Below, one piece after another: positions 1 to 11,063 of a stretch of 64,000 nucleotides of DNA; the stretch's first letter is position 1; every line of letters starts with the position of its first letter. Source of the DNA: Candidatus Alistipes avicola (GTDB lineage: Bacteria; Bacteroidota; Bacteroidia; Bacteroidales; Rikenellaceae); assembly GCA_019118565.1 (NCBI GenBank), contig DWYR01000012.1, forward strand, positions 13,323 to 77,322, read 5' to 3'. A program made the translations under genes and the position numbers. The notes under the pieces were generated by a model. The model ran no database searches. It was not told the DNA's origin and saw nothing but the letters and a program-made list of their open reading frames with translations.

Positions 1-147
1 TGCGCCGGCAGCAGGAGCCGCAGCAACGGCAACAGCCGCAGCAGCCGGTTCAATGCCGTACTCCTCTTTGAGGATCGTAGCCAATTCGTTTACCTCCTTA
101 ACTGTCAAATTTACCAATTCTTCAGCTAATTTCTTTACATCTGCCAT
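1..147 (-). CDS. rplL: 50S ribosomal protein L7/L12, N-terminal 49 codons only (rest lies outside the window)
   Basis: Reverse translation from the ATG at 147 gives [49 protein letters not shown]. This is the L7/L12 N-domain plus the Ala-rich hinge. It sits next to rplJ as in rplKAJL clusters. Confidence 0.9.
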   Translation of the reverse strand, partial: MADVKKLAEELVNLTVKEVNELATILKEEYGIEPAAAAVAVAAAPAAGA

Positions 148-186
148 AAGTCAATCTTATTAAATTTTGTTTTAAATTCTTGTTTG

Positions 187-708
187 TTAATTTCTTTCTT
201 CGAGTGTCTTCACGATACCCGCAATCTTTTGACCTGCATTTGCCTGCAATGCAGAGATAACATTCTTGGCAGGAGACTGCAGCAGCGCAACGATGTCGCC
301 GATAAGTTCCTCTCTGCTCTTGATGTTACACAGAGTGTCCAACTGATTGTCTCCGACATAAACGCAGCCCTCTACATATGCGGCCTTCAAAACGGGTTTA
401 TCGCAGCTCTTGCGAAAATCCTTGATGACCACAGCAGGAGTTTTACCTGTATGCGCAAACATGATCGAGGTTGAACCCTCCAATACTTTTACCAGATCAG
501 CATCCGCCTTCTCCGCTTTCTCCAAAGCCTTAGCCAGCAACGTGTTCTTTACGACGATCAGTTTCACGTCGCTCTCGAAACACTTGCGACGCAAAGTCGC
601 AGTCTGCTCGGCATTCAGAGCCTCGATGTTCGTAATATAGAAGTGAGGATATGCGTTGAGCTGCTCGGTAAGGCTGTTGATTACAACCAGTTTTTCTTCC
701 TTAGTCAT
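187..708 (-). CDS. rplJ: 50S ribosomal protein L10
   Basis: 173-aa ORF located between rplA and rplL, with L10-like sequence (MTKEEK...LNAEQTATLRRKC). Confidence 0.93.
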   Translation of the reverse strand: MTKEEKLVVINSLTEQLNAYPHFYITNIEALNAEQTATLRRKCFESDVKLIVVKNTLLAKALEKAEKADADLVKVLEGSTSIMFAHTGKTPAVVIKDFRKSCDKPVLKAAYVEGCVYVGDNQLDTLCNIKSREELIGDIVALLQSPAKNVISALQANAGQKIAGIVKTLEERN

Positions 709-725
709 CTCTTTAATCCTCCTTC

Positions 726-1424
726 TTATTTGGTTTCTACTGATTTAGTATCGATCTGCACGCCGGGGCTCATAGTGGTAGAGAGGTAAATACTCTTAAC
801 ATAAGAACCTTTGGCAGCAGCCGGCTTCAATTTCAGAATCGTACCGATCACCGTCGAAACGTTATCGACGATCTGCTCGGCCGTAAACGAAATCTTGCCA
901 ACCGAAGTGTGGATGATACCGAATTTGTCGACCTTGAAGTCGATCTTACCCGATTTCACATCACCTACAGCCTTTCCAACTTCCATTGTTACCGTTCCGG
1001 TCTTGGGGTTCGGCATCAAGCCGCGGGGACCCAAGATACGGCCCAGCGCTCCGACTTTGCCCATTACGTTCGGCGTACAGATGATTACGTCGACATCGGT
1101 CCATCCGGACTTGATTTTGTCTACAAACTCATCCAAACCGACGAAATCGGCACCGGCAGCCTTCGCCTCGGCCTCTTTCTCCGGAGTACACAGGACGAGG
1201 ACCCGCACCTGCTTACCCGTTCCGTGAGGCAGCGTCACCACGCCGCGAACCATCTGGTTCGCCTTACGAGGATCCACGCCCAGACGCACGTCAACATCTA
1301 CTGAAGCGTCGAATTTCGTAAAAGTAATTTCCTTCAGAAGAGCTGCGGCTTCAGCGAGTTTGTAAGCCTTCCCAGGCTCCATCTTCGCATTGGCGATTTT
1401 TTGATTTTTTGTCAACTTACTCAT
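726..1424 (-). CDS. rplA: 50S ribosomal protein L1
   Basis: 232-aa ORF with L1 hallmarks ([27 protein letters not shown]). Confidence 0.95.
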   Translation of the reverse strand: MSKLTKNQKIANAKMEPGKAYKLAEAAALLKEITFTKFDASVDVDVRLGVDPRKANQMVRGVVTLPHGTGKQVRVLVLCTPEKEAEAKAAGADFVGLDEFVDKIKSGWTDVDVIICTPNVMGKVGALGRILGPRGLMPNPKTGTVTMEVGKAVGDVKSGKIDFKVDKFGIIHTSVGKISFTAEQIVDNVSTVIGTILKLKPAAAKGSYVKSIYLSTTMSPGVQIDTKSVETK

Positions 1425-1436
1425 TCTTGTAATGCA

Positions 1437-1877
1437 TTACTCGTTAGGAAATTCTCCAACTACAGCGATACCCATGCTACGGGCAGTTCCGGCAATCATG
1501 CGCATGGCAGCCTCGACCGTAAAGCAGTTCATATCGGACATCTTGTCCTTGGCGATCTCTCGAATCTGATCCCACGTTACCTGACCTACCTTATCACGGT
1601 TAGGCTGTGCGGAACCCGACTGGATCTTCGCTGCCTCCTTGAGCTGAATGGCTACGGGCGGCTGTTTTACAACAAAGTCGAAAGACTTATCGCTATAAAC
1701 CGTGATGATGACCGGCAGAATCTTTCCCGCCTTGTCCTGCGTTTTCGCATTGAACTGCTTGCAGAAGTCCATGATATTGACTCCTTTCGAACCCAATGCT
1801 GGTCCCACAGGGGGAGAAGGATTGGCAGCACCACCTTTGATCTGCAATTTGATAAATGCAGCAACCTCTTTTGCCAT
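1437..1877 (-). CDS. rplK: 50S ribosomal protein L11
   Basis: 146-aa ORF with the conserved L11 N-terminus [26 protein letters not shown]. Confidence 0.96.
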   Translation of the reverse strand: MAKEVAAFIKLQIKGGAANPSPPVGPALGSKGVNIMDFCKQFNAKTQDKAGKILPVIITVYSDKSFDFVVKQPPVAIQLKEAAKIQSGSAQPNRDKVGQVTWDQIREIAKDKMSDMNCFTVEAAMRMIAGTARSMGIAVVGEFPNE

Positions 1878-1894
1878 AGTTTTCCTTTGGTTAA

Positions 1895-2455
1895 TTATTC
1901 TTTTTCAACTTGTGTGAAACTCAACTCCATAGGAGTTTTGCGCCCAAATATCTTCACCGATACCGTGAGTTTCTTGCGCTCGTTGTCGACGGCCTCGATG
2001 GTACCTTGGAAGCTTGAAAAAGGACCGTCTATCACTTTGATGGTTTCGCCGACAAAGAATGGTATTTCGTTCTCTTCTTCCATCGTGCTCAACTCGTCGA
2101 CACGGCCCAAAATGCGACTTACCTCCTGCGGACGCAGAGGCGTTGCGATCATCTTGCGACTGTCTTCCTTGGTATCACCCAGGAAACCGAGCACGTTGGG
2201 TATATTGCGAATGATAATAGGTATCTGACCGACAAACGCGGCTTCGATCAACACATAACCCGGATAAGAGACCTTCTCCTTAGAGATTTTCTTCCCGTTG
2301 CGGATCGTATAGACTTTTTCGGTCGGGATAAGCACCTGCGAGATATAATCCTCCAGATGGCTATGGCGAATCTCGGACTCGATATACTCTTTGACCTTGT
2401 TCTCCTTACCTCCGACAGTGCGGACTACATACCACTGTTTTGTTGTTTCGCTCAT
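1895..2455 (-). CDS. nusG: Transcription termination/antitermination factor NusG
   Basis: The tracked ORF 1895..2527 was trimmed to Met25 ([13 protein letters not shown]...). The longer form would overlap secE. An NGN/KOW-like sequence is present, and the secE-nusG-rplK synteny is canonical. Confidence 0.9.
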   Translation of the reverse strand: MSETTKQWYVVRTVGGKENKVKEYIESEIRHSHLEDYISQVLIPTEKVYTIRNGKKISKEKVSYPGYVLIEAAFVGQIPIIIRNIPNVLGFLGDTKEDSRKMIATPLRPQEVSRILGRVDELSTMEEENEIPFFVGETIKVIDGPFSSFQGTIEAVDNERKKLTVSVKIFGRKTPMELSFTQVEKE

Positions 2456-2474
2456 GGCTACAAAAAAACAAGAA

Positions 2475-2672
2475 TTAACGACCCAGATTAGCCAGGCCTT
2501 TGTAGATAGCCGCCATAATGTTTTCAAACGAAATGTCCATTGCCAAGATCACAATGGCAAAGATGAACGAAGCCACCATCACCACAACCGTCGAATTCTG
2601 AAGTTGGGCGAAAGTGGGCCACGTCACTTTGTGAACCAATTCGTTGTAGGACTCTTTTACGTAATTGAACAT
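2475..2672 (-). CDS. secE: Preprotein translocase subunit SecE
   Basis: 65-aa ORF with a single TM segment (VVVMVASFIFAIVILAMD), located immediately upstream of nusG. Confidence 0.85.
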   Translation of the reverse strand: MFNYVKESYNELVHKVTWPTFAQLQNSTVVVMVASFIFAIVILAMDISFENIMAAIYKGLANLGR

Positions 2673-2689
2673 ATCCTTCGTTGTTTATT

Positions 2690-2764
2690 TGGCAGGAGCA
2701 GAGAGATTCGAACTCCCATCAACGGTTTTGGAGACCGCTATTCTACCCTTGAACTATGCTCCTA
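2690..2764 (-). tRNA. tRNA-Trp (anticodon CCA)
   Basis: The reverse complement AGGAGCATAGTTCAAGGGTAGAATAGCGGTCTCCAAAACCGTTGATGGGAGTTCGAATCTCTCTGCTCCTGCCA folds as a cloverleaf. The anticodon loop is CTCCAAA and the 3' CCA is encoded. Confidence 0.9.
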
Positions 2765-2814
2765 AAAAGTAGTGCAAGTTTCGCTTGCACTACTCGTTTG
2801 ATCTTATCTTCGGA

Positions 2815-4002
2815 TTATTTGATAATCTTCAGGATCTGACCAGCACCTACCGTACGGCCACCCTCACGGATTGCGAAACGAAGACCCTCGTTCAATGCAA
2901 CCGGGTAGATCAGTTTTACGGTGATAGTTACGTGGTCACCAGGCATTACCATATCTACGCCGTCGGGCAGAGCAACCTCACCGGTTACGTCCATCGTACG
3001 CAGATAGAACTGGGGACGATACTTATTGTGGAACGGCGTGTGACGGCCACCCTCTTCCTTCTTCAGGATATAAACCTCAGCCTGGAACTCGGTGTGCGGA
3101 GTGATCGAACCCGGTTTGGCAACGACCATACCACGTTTAACCTCTTTCTTGTCGATACCACGGAGCAGCAGACCTACGTTATCGCCAGCCTCACCCTCGT
3201 CGAGCAGTTTGCGGAACATCTCGACACCGGTACAAGTCGAAGTCAACGTCTTCTCCTCCAGACCGATGATCTCAACCGGATCACCTACATGGATCACACC
3301 TGTCTCGATACGGCCCGTTACAACGGTACCACGACCGGTGATAGAGAATACGTCCTCAACAGGCATCAGGAACGGCTTTTCGTTCTCACGAGGAGGAATC
3401 GGAATATAGTTGTCAACAGCATCCATAAGCTCCATGATCTTCTCCTCCCACTGCGGCTCGCCGTTCAGGCCACCCAGTGCGGAACCACGGATGATAGGTG
3501 CGTTGTCGCCATCGTACTCGTATTTGTTCAGCAGGTCACGAACCTCCATCTCAACCAGGTCGAGCATTTCGGGATCGTCAACCATATCGCATTTGTTCAG
3601 GAATACAACGATTCTCGGAACGTTTACCTGACGAGCCAACAGCACGTGCTCGTTGGTCTGAGGCATCGGACCGTCCGTAGCGGCAACAACCAGAATCGCA
3701 CCGTCCATCTGCGCAGCACCGGTAACCATGTTCTTCACATAGTCGGCGTGTCCCGGGCAGTCTACGTGAGCATAGTGACGATTAGCCGTCTGGTACTCTA
3801 CGTGCGAAGTGTTGATCGTGATACCACGCTCTTTCTCCTCAGGAGCGTTGTCGATCGAGTCGAACGAACGGAGCTCAGAGAGACCTTTCTTTGCCAATAC
3901 GGTGGTGATAGCAGCCGTAAGAGTCGTCTTACCGTGGTCTACGTGACCGATGGTACCGATATTCACGTGCGGTTTGGACCGGTCGAATTTTTCTTTTGCC
4001 AT
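2815..4002 (-). CDS. tuf: Elongation factor Tu
   Basis: 395-aa ORF with [36 protein letters not shown] and NKCD GTPase motifs. Confidence 0.99.
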   Translation of the reverse strand: MAKEKFDRSKPHVNIGTIGHVDHGKTTLTAAITTVLAKKGLSELRSFDSIDNAPEEKERGITINTSHVEYQTANRHYAHVDCPGHADYVKNMVTGAAQMDGAILVVAATDGPMPQTNEHVLLARQVNVPRIVVFLNKCDMVDDPEMLDLVEMEVRDLLNKYEYDGDNAPIIRGSALGGLNGEPQWEEKIMELMDAVDNYIPIPPRENEKPFLMPVEDVFSITGRGTVVTGRIETGVIHVGDPVEIIGLEEKTLTSTCTGVEMFRKLLDEGEAGDNVGLLLRGIDKKEVKRGMVVAKPGSITPHTEFQAEVYILKKEEGGRHTPFHNKYRPQFYLRTMDVTGEVALPDGVDMVMPGDHVTITVKLIYPVALNEGLRFAIREGGRTVGAGQILKIIK

Positions 4003-4126
4003 AGTATAAAAGTATTAAGATTTTAATAAAAATTTCTCATTGAAATCTTCTTCCCAGCAAGATTAACGAGCGACGCAAACACAACCTCGAAAGGTGGTCT
4101 GCATCACACGCTACCCTGCACCTGAG

Positions 4127-4199
4127 AGCGGAAGACGAGGCTCAAACTCGCGACCCTTAGCTTGGAAGGCTAATGCTCTATCAACTGAGCTACTTCCGC
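4127..4199 (-). tRNA. tRNA-Gly (anticodon TCC)
   Basis: Reverse complement is GCGGAAGTAGCTCAGTTGATAGAGCATTAGCCTTCCAAGCTAAGGGTCGCGAGTTTGAGCCTCGTCTTCCGCT. Cloverleaf fold with anticodon loop CTTCCAA. Confidence 0.9.
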
Positions 4200-4277
4200 A
4201 AAAACGCACCGTCAGGAGTTTCACTATCCCGGAAACCCGGAAGTCGAACAACCCAAGCGGTACTCAAATTTTATTAG

Positions 4278-4360
4278 TGGGAAGTGATGGATTCGAACCA
4301 CCGAAGGCGTAAGCCAGCAGATTTACAGTCTGCCCCATTTGGCCACTCTGGTAACTTCCC
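4278..4360 (-). tRNA. tRNA-Tyr (anticodon GTA), with a long variable arm
   Basis: Reverse complement is GGGAAGTTACCAGAGTGGCCAAATGGGGCAGACTGTAAATCTGCTGGCTTACGCCTTCGGTGGTTCGAATCCATCACTTCCCA. Confidence 0.9.
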
Positions 4361-4417
4361 ATATCATTCCAAAAGCCTTTCAGACACCCTATCGTAATCA
4401 AGCTCAAGAATTTCCGG

Positions 4418-4491
4418 AGCCGATGGAGGGATTCGAACCCCCGACCAGCTGATTACAAATCAGCTGCTCTGGCCAACTGAGCTACATCGGC
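4418..4491 (-). tRNA. tRNA-Thr (anticodon TGT)
   Basis: Reverse complement is GCCGATGTAGCTCAGTTGGCCAGAGCAGCTGATTTGTAATCAGCTGGTCGGGGGTTCGAATCCCTCCATCGGCT. Confidence 0.9.
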
Positions 4492-4511
4492 TTTTGGACC
4501 AATTTGGATTG

Positions 4512-4519
4512 CAAAGATA
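4512..4519 (-). promoter_or_regulatory. Bacteroidetes-type -7 box (TATCTTTG on the minus strand) for the tRNA-Thr/Tyr/Gly-tuf transcript
   Basis: The plus strand reads CAAAGATA, the reverse complement of the TAnnTTTG consensus. It lies about 20 nt upstream of the tRNA-Thr 5' end. Confidence 0.5.
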
Positions 4520-4660
4520 GAAAAAACAAAACAAACCTCCAAATAAAGATCGTTTTATTTTTCACTCCTTTCAAAGAACGTTTCTTACGCTCGAAATCGA
4601 ACGCGAAATCGGGTGCAAATATAGGACTCTTTTGGAAATTACAAAATAGTTGGGGTCACT

Positions 4661-4890
4661 TTTTTTCTGAAAAAAGGGAAAAACACCTTTTTCCAAACTT
4701 CACCATCCGTACCGAACATCTTTCGGGAAGAGCGATATTCCATATTTATATGGAAGGAAGCGAAACGTACGAAAACGAGTCTCTATTCTCATCCATCCGA
4801 CCGCGACCTTCGAGTTTCCAAAAAATTTTCCGGGGAGAGCAATTTTTCAGAAAAGCACTATGTTTACTCCCGAATACGAAAGAACGCTCG
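4661..4890 (+). repeat. Dispersed intergenic repeat, copy A (~230 bp)
   Basis: Aligns by eye with 8306..8550. Long shared blocks include catccatccgaccg, aaaattttccggggagag, caatttttcagaaaa and gaaagaacgctc. The 3' end carries a -7-like box TATGTTTA (4859-4866). Confidence 0.8.
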
Positions 4891-5576
4891 AACAGCATCA
4901 GCGCATCGCTCGACCTCTACCGCACATTCGGAACCACACGAACCAACCTGTTTGTGAAAGGTTCCTACACGTCGCTCAACCACACCTTCGCCTCCCAAAC
5001 CCAACGAACACAAAGAGACGGGACTCGAACGCTACAACGACTCCGAAGGAACCGTCGCCAGGATCAACGTCGAAGCCAAAGCCGCCTTCACACGGTGGCT
5101 CGAACTCCAGGCCGACATTACATGGCAGTAACGCCGTTACAAGGAGCCCGAAGAGTGGAGCGACAAAGCACAACTTCCTCGCTCCGAACCTCAAGCTCGC
5201 CATGAATTCCCGATTCTCAAAACCGTAACGATGCAACTCAAGGCCGGTATACAGCACCTCTTCGATGCCTATCAGTCGGATTCCCATCAGGGTGGGAACA
5301 GGACTCCGGACATACCTACGGACCGTCGCTACCAGGCAGTTGGTTTTCAAATGCAAAATTGCGATTCTGACAGCGCCCGGTCGGAATACCGGCCCCTCTT
5401 CGACGAGTCCGCAAAAAATCTCGGATGAGATCCACGATCCGGTCCGAATCCATGCGCTTCGCACATAAACAGATACCCGAAGCGGGGAAAAAGGCCAGTT
5501 TCTTCCTGCTATTCTCTATTTAAAAATTACTTTCAAAAACTATCCACAGACAGGATGTTTTTAGTAATATTTTCGC

Positions 5577-5584
5577 TATATTTG
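5577..5584 (+). promoter_or_regulatory. -7 box TATATTTG upstream of the lipoprotein pair
   Basis: Perfect TAnnTTTG match about 115 nt upstream of the ATG at 5701. Confidence 0.45.
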
Positions 5585-5700
5585 ATTTCAGTTAGCGGTT
5601 CTTTATCGAGACCCATCAAACCAAAGATTATTCCTGCATTCGGTTCTACGGATCCTTGCTACACCAAACAGTCCTCAACTAACACAAATATTAATACATC

Positions 5701-6864
5701 ATGCCTATGAAAAAATTGGTTTTGCTGGTATCGGCATTCACGGCCGGCCTACTCTCGATGGGATGCAGCGACGATCCCGAAAACGATCCTGCGCTCCTGC
5801 CCGAACTGAAGATCGACGGCGAAACAACAATCGTCGTACCGTATGTCGGGGGGTCTTACACAATCCATTATACCCTCGAAAACGTCGAAAACGGACGACC
5901 CTATGCCGACTCCTCCTGTGATTGGATAACGGTTCTGTCTCATACGGAAACAGAGGCCCAAATCAAGGTCAATCCACTCGTCGACGCGCCTCGAACAGGG
6001 ACCGTGACGCTCTCCTATCCCGAATGCAACAATATCACCGTAACATTCAATCAGAAAGAGATCGAACCCTTTACCCAAAGCATTTCGCTCTCGGTCGAAC
6101 AGATTACGATGAACAGCGCAACGGTCGTCGTGTCGAATCCCTACGAAGAATATTGGGTTTGCCCGCGCGTCGAGACAAAATCCTTCTACGACATGCAAAT
6201 TGCACCTGACCCGGCCAAATGGATCGCAACCTACTGCGACAAGAACTCCTCGATCGGCATGTTCATGTCGTAGCGTACCTACTATTATCAAAACTACAAC
6301 AACAATCCCAAAACATTCCCCGATTACTACTCCATCTCGAAGGCCGACGGGAACAGCCATACCTTCAGCAATCTCCAGCCCGATACGGAATATGTTGCAT
6401 TCGGTATAGAAGTCGATCCTTTCTGCAATGCTACGGGAGAGATCGTCTCGAAAGTCTTTAGCACCGAACCACTGCCGCCTGTAGAGACTATCGATCTCAG
6501 TTTCGATGTCGAGGCCTCGCTGACTTCACAAAGTGGAGACTATTGTTACATCGACCTGAAAATCACGCCTTCGAATACAACCGTACCCTATCTCTGCCTC
6601 TGTTCGTTCACACCCACGCTGGAGTCATCGATCAATACATGGGGTGGGCTGCAGGGCTATGTTGAGAACTATCTCGACTCGTATTTCTCCTCTACCGCCG
6701 CAAGCGAAATCCACACCGGAGCATGGCAATCCACCGATCTGAGACTTTACACGTGGGATCTGACCGACAATTGTCCTGTCAGCATCGTTCTGTGCGGATG
6801 CGATGAATTCGGGCGTATCACCAGCCAGATCGTCCGCAAGGACTTTGCGCTGCCCATCCAATAA
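5701..6864 (+). pseudogene. Lipoprotein with a BACON-like N-terminal domain, interrupted by an in-frame TAG at 6271-6273 (paralog of 6898..8055)
   Basis: The N-terminus has a signal peptide and lipobox (LLSMGCSDD). The tracked ORF ends at 6273. However, the same frame stays open for about 197 more codons to the TAA at 6862-6864, with no Met in between. That extension aligns with the paralog (PLPPVETIDLSFDVE versus PLPPVETIDVSFDLE). The full length would be about 387 codons, against 385 in the paralog. Confidence 0.75.
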
Positions 6865-6897
6865 CCAAATCATTGTGAACACTAAATACAGGATACC

Positions 6898-8055
6898 ATG
6901 AGAAAATACCTATCTATATTCGCACTTTTGTTCGGCCTGGTCTGCCTGACAACAGGCTGTAACAACGACGAGGAACAACCCGTCATACCGGCTCTCTCGA
7001 CCGAGATGGAACAAGAATTGACCGTGCCTTTCGAGGGGGAAAGTTTCACGATTACCTACTCCATTACAACCAAAGACCGGCCTTACGTCGACAGTAATGC
7101 CGACTGGGCGCGCGTCGTAAGTTCCGACAATACGACTGCCAAGATCACGATCGAGCCAAATGAAGGCGAAGCACGTACAGCCGAAATCCGCATCTCGTAC
7201 GGCAATGCCGATCCGTTGATCTTCGTCTTCTCTCAAGAAGCCAAGCCCGCATTCAGCGAGCTTCTCAAGATTTCGGTAGAACCCGACTGCAACTCTTTCA
7301 AGGTTATTCTGGAGAATCTCGAAGGTGAAGAGCTATGGTATTACTATATGGCTGTTACAAAAGCCTACTACGACGAACATATCGCAGCCGATCCTTCGGC
7401 CTGGGTCATCGAGAATGCCCGGCAGAAATATGATGCATGGCTCAATTATTATATGACATGGGGCGGAACTCCGCAATCTTTTGCAGAATATTATCTGCTG
7501 ACAAACGCAAGCAAGGAAGAAAACACGTTCCAACAGTTCAACGACGGGAGCGAAGTGACACCCGATACGGAGTACGTGGCACTTGCCTACGACCTCGATC
7601 CGGAAGGGAACTGCAACGGCAATTACTCCATCTGCATATTCCGGACCAACCCGCTGCCTCCCGTTGAAACGATCGATGTGTCGTTCGATCTGGAGATCTC
7701 CTATCGCCCCGAAGAAGACCCACGCTATCCGTTCCGGATCGACATTACCCCCTCCATCGAAGACTGTTACTTCTTCTACTACATCGCTACGGAAGAAGAT
7801 TACCAGAAGGCTCTTGCCTCACTCGGCGGCGGTGATCTGGACAAGATGACAGAGGAAATTTACAAACAGTTGGGAGAAATAGGCGAACTCTACAAATACC
7901 GCTACTACGGCCAGTATTACCAAACATGGTCATTCCCCGCAGACAGCGACGGAAAAGTGTCGCTACGCGCCATCGCGTGCGGATTGGATCCTTACGACCG
8001 GATCAATTCCCGAACGACGCTGAGCGAATGTTATACCTTTACCGTATCCCAATAA
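6898..8055 (+). CDS. Lipoprotein with a BACON-like N-terminal domain (function unknown)
   Basis: 385-aa ORF with a lipobox (LTTGCNND). The N-terminal ~100 aa resemble the upstream paralog (ESFTITYSITT...DWARVVSS...ARTAEIRISY). Confidence 0.85.
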   Translation: MRKYLSIFALLFGLVCLTTGCNNDEEQPVIPALSTEMEQELTVPFEGESFTITYSITTKDRPYVDSNADWARVVSSDNTTAKITIEPNEGEARTAEIRISYGNADPLIFVFSQEAKPAFSELLKISVEPDCNSFKVILENLEGEELWYYYMAVTKAYYDEHIAADPSAWVIENARQKYDAWLNYYMTWGGTPQSFAEYYLLTNASKEENTFQQFNDGSEVTPDTEYVALAYDLDPEGNCNGNYSICIFRTNPLPPVETIDVSFDLEISYRPEEDPRYPFRIDITPSIEDCYFFYYIATEEDYQKALASLGGGDLDKMTEEIYKQLGEIGELYKYRYYGQYYQTWSFPADSDGKVSLRAIACGLDPYDRINSRTTLSECYTFTVSQ

Positions 8056-8107
8056 CCGGGAACGGCGGGAATCGGCAGCAATTTTTTGCCGTCGGTCTCA
8101 AACACAA

Positions 8108-8146
8108 AATCGGGCGGTCTGATTTGCAGATCGCCCGATTCTTTTT
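8108..8146 (+). terminator. Intrinsic terminator after the lipoprotein pair
   Basis: Hairpin AATCGGGCG..(inner TCTG/CAGA)..CGCCCGATT followed by CTTTTTAT. Confidence 0.6.
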
Positions 8147-8305
8147 ATCAAAACGGCCGGAACCGGGTCCGGCCAGATGCGTCATGGATGACAAACAACG
8201 ATACAGACCTTTCCGGCGGCTGCTACAAATTCAAAAGAGATGAAATAAAAATACGTTTCATTCTTCTGTTCCCAAGCAGGGAGCATCAAGACTTGCTTAC
8301 GTCCA

Positions 8306-8550
8306 TTTTTTTCTCAAAAGAGGGGGAAACAACGCTCTTTGCCAAACTTTGCCAAACTTTGCCATCCGTTCCGAGCATCTTTCGATGAGAGGTATATTCC
8401 ATATATTATATGATAGAAAGCGGAGTGTGCAAAAGCGAAGCTCTATTCCCATCCATCCGACCGTGATCCTCGAATCTTCAAAAATTTTCCGGGGAGAGAC
8501 AATTTTTCAGAAAAAGCACTATATTTGCTTCCGAATATGAAAGAACGCTC
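8306..8550 (+). repeat. Dispersed intergenic repeat, copy B (~245 bp)
   Basis: Direct-orientation copy of 4661..4890. Its 3' end supplies the -7 box for the met leader transcript. Confidence 0.8.
8520..8527 (+). promoter_or_regulatory. -7 box TATATTTG driving the met leader and metY-metX-hom
   Basis: Perfect TAnnTTTG match about 40 nt upstream of the leader ATG. Confidence 0.55.
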
Positions 8551-8565
8551 TCTCAGAGCACCCGC

Positions 8566-8667
8566 ATGAAGTACCGCAATACATACATGAATCCGTCACA
8601 CGTCGAGGCATCCGTTTCGATGATGGGTATGATGATGTCTATGCGCAGGTATAAACGCCGGGTGTAA
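8566..8667 (+). CDS. Met-rich leader peptide (33 codons): MKYRNTYMNPSHVEASVSMMGMMMSMRRYKRRV
   Basis: Hand translation. Six ATG codons fall within nine consecutive codons (8620-8643). The ORF lies between a promoter box and a terminator, directly upstream of methionine biosynthesis genes. It is too short to appear in the ORF track. Confidence 0.65.
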   Translation: MKYRNTYMNPSHVEASVSMMGMMMSMRRYKRRV

Positions 8668-8691
8668 GATTCGTCATACAATCTCACGTGA

Positions 8692-10041
<1,350 letters not shown>

Positions 10042-10046
10042 GCAAC

Positions 10047-11063
10047 ATGAATCTATACCGACATAACCGACCTTTCGAACTGGAGCGCGGAGGCATCCTG
10101 CCCGAACTGGTCATAGCCTTCAGCACCTACGGGGAGCTGAACGCCGCACACGACAACGTCGTATGGGTCTGCCACGCCCTGACGGCCGATTCGGAGGTGG
10201 CCGCATGGTGGCCCCACACGGTCGAGGCGGGGCGATTCCTCGACCCGGCCCGTCACTTCATCATCTGCGCCAACATCCTGGGTTCCCACTACGGTACCAC
10301 CGGACCGCTCCACATCAACCCCGCCACCGGACGTCCCTACTACGGCGATTTTCCCGAGTTGACGATCCGCGACATGGTCAAGGCCCACCGGCTGCTGGCC
10401 GACATGCTGGGGATTCACCGCATCGAGGCCCTGATCGGCAGCTCGGTCGGAGGGTTCCAGGCCGTCGAGTGGGCCGTCGAGGAGCCGGAACGGATCGAGA
10501 AACTCGTGCTGATCGCCACGGCAGCCAAGGCGACCCCGTGGTGCATCGCCATCGACGAGACACAACGCATGGCCATCGAGGCCGACTCGACCTTCGGCGA
10601 GCCCTATGCCTCGGCCGGATTGAAGGGACTGGCGGCAGCGCGTGCCATCGGGCTGCTCTCCTACCGCGGAGCCGACGGGTACAACCTTACCCAGCAGGAT
10701 ACGGAGGAGACCCCCGTACAACACCGTGCCTGCACCTACCAGCAGCACCAGGGCGAGAAACTCTGCCGTCGCTACAACGCCTACTCCTATTACAAGATCC
10801 TCAACGCCTTCGATACGCACAACGTCGGACGGGGGCGCGGAGGCATCGAAACGGCCCTGCAACGCATCACGGCCCAATGCCTCGTCGTGGGGATCTCGAC
10901 CGACATCGTCTTCCCCGCCTCGGAGATGCGCTCGCTCAACGACCTGCTTCCACACAGCACCTACCACCAGATCGACTCGCCGTTCGGCCACGACGGGTTT
11001 CTGGTCGAACACGAACAACTGAACCGAATTTTAAACCCCTTTATCAATTCCAGCCATGAATAA
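10047..11063 (+). CDS. metX: Homoserine O-acetyltransferase
   Basis: This is the last 338 codons of the tracked 8832..11063 frame, starting at the ATG at 10047 (MNLYRHNRPFELERGGILPEL...). It contains the alpha/beta hydrolase nucleophile motif GSSVGG and HDGFLVE near the C-terminus. Confidence 0.9.
   Translation: MNLYRHNRPFELERGGILPELVIAFSTYGELNAAHDNVVWVCHALTADSEVAAWWPHTVEAGRFLDPARHFIICANILGSHYGTTGPLHINPATGRPYYGDFPELTIRDMVKAHRLLADMLGIHRIEALIGSSVGGFQAVEWAVEEPERIEKLVLIATAAKATPWCIAIDETQRMAIEADSTFGEPYASAGLKGLAAARAIGLLSYRGADGYNLTQQDTEETPVQHRACTYQQHQGEKLCRRYNAYSYYKILNAFDTHNVGRGRGGIETALQRITAQCLVVGISTDIVFPASEMRSLNDLLPHSTYHQIDSPFGHDGFLVEHEQLNRILNPFINSSHE

Noticed and set aside
2785-4026. 413-aa plus-strand ORF
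   Set aside because: It lies exactly antisense to tuf and has skewed composition (R/T/V/L-rich). This is a mirror ORF typical of GC-rich coding DNA.
4504-5464. ORFs 4504..5205(+), 4860..5228(+) and 4976..5464(-) as real genes
   Set aside because: They overlap each other and the dispersed repeat, and they show low-complexity Arg/Ser/Thr/Pro composition. None has promoter-to-start logic. The region is treated as non-coding or pseudogenic (see the finding for 4891-5576).
6271-6273. TAG stop-codon reassignment (as in some recoded phages or lineages)
   Set aside because: TAG is used as a genuine terminator by several well-supported genes in this window (for example aroB at 62872-74 and the DUF4295 gene at 29024-26). 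A nonsense mutation or a sequencing error is the simpler explanation.
8684-8691. TCACGTGA perfect palindrome between the Met-leader stop and the terminator, considered as a possible regulator binding site
   Set aside because: An 8-bp palindrome is expected by chance in 64 kb. There is no second copy or partner site, and there is no way to support it from the sequence alone.
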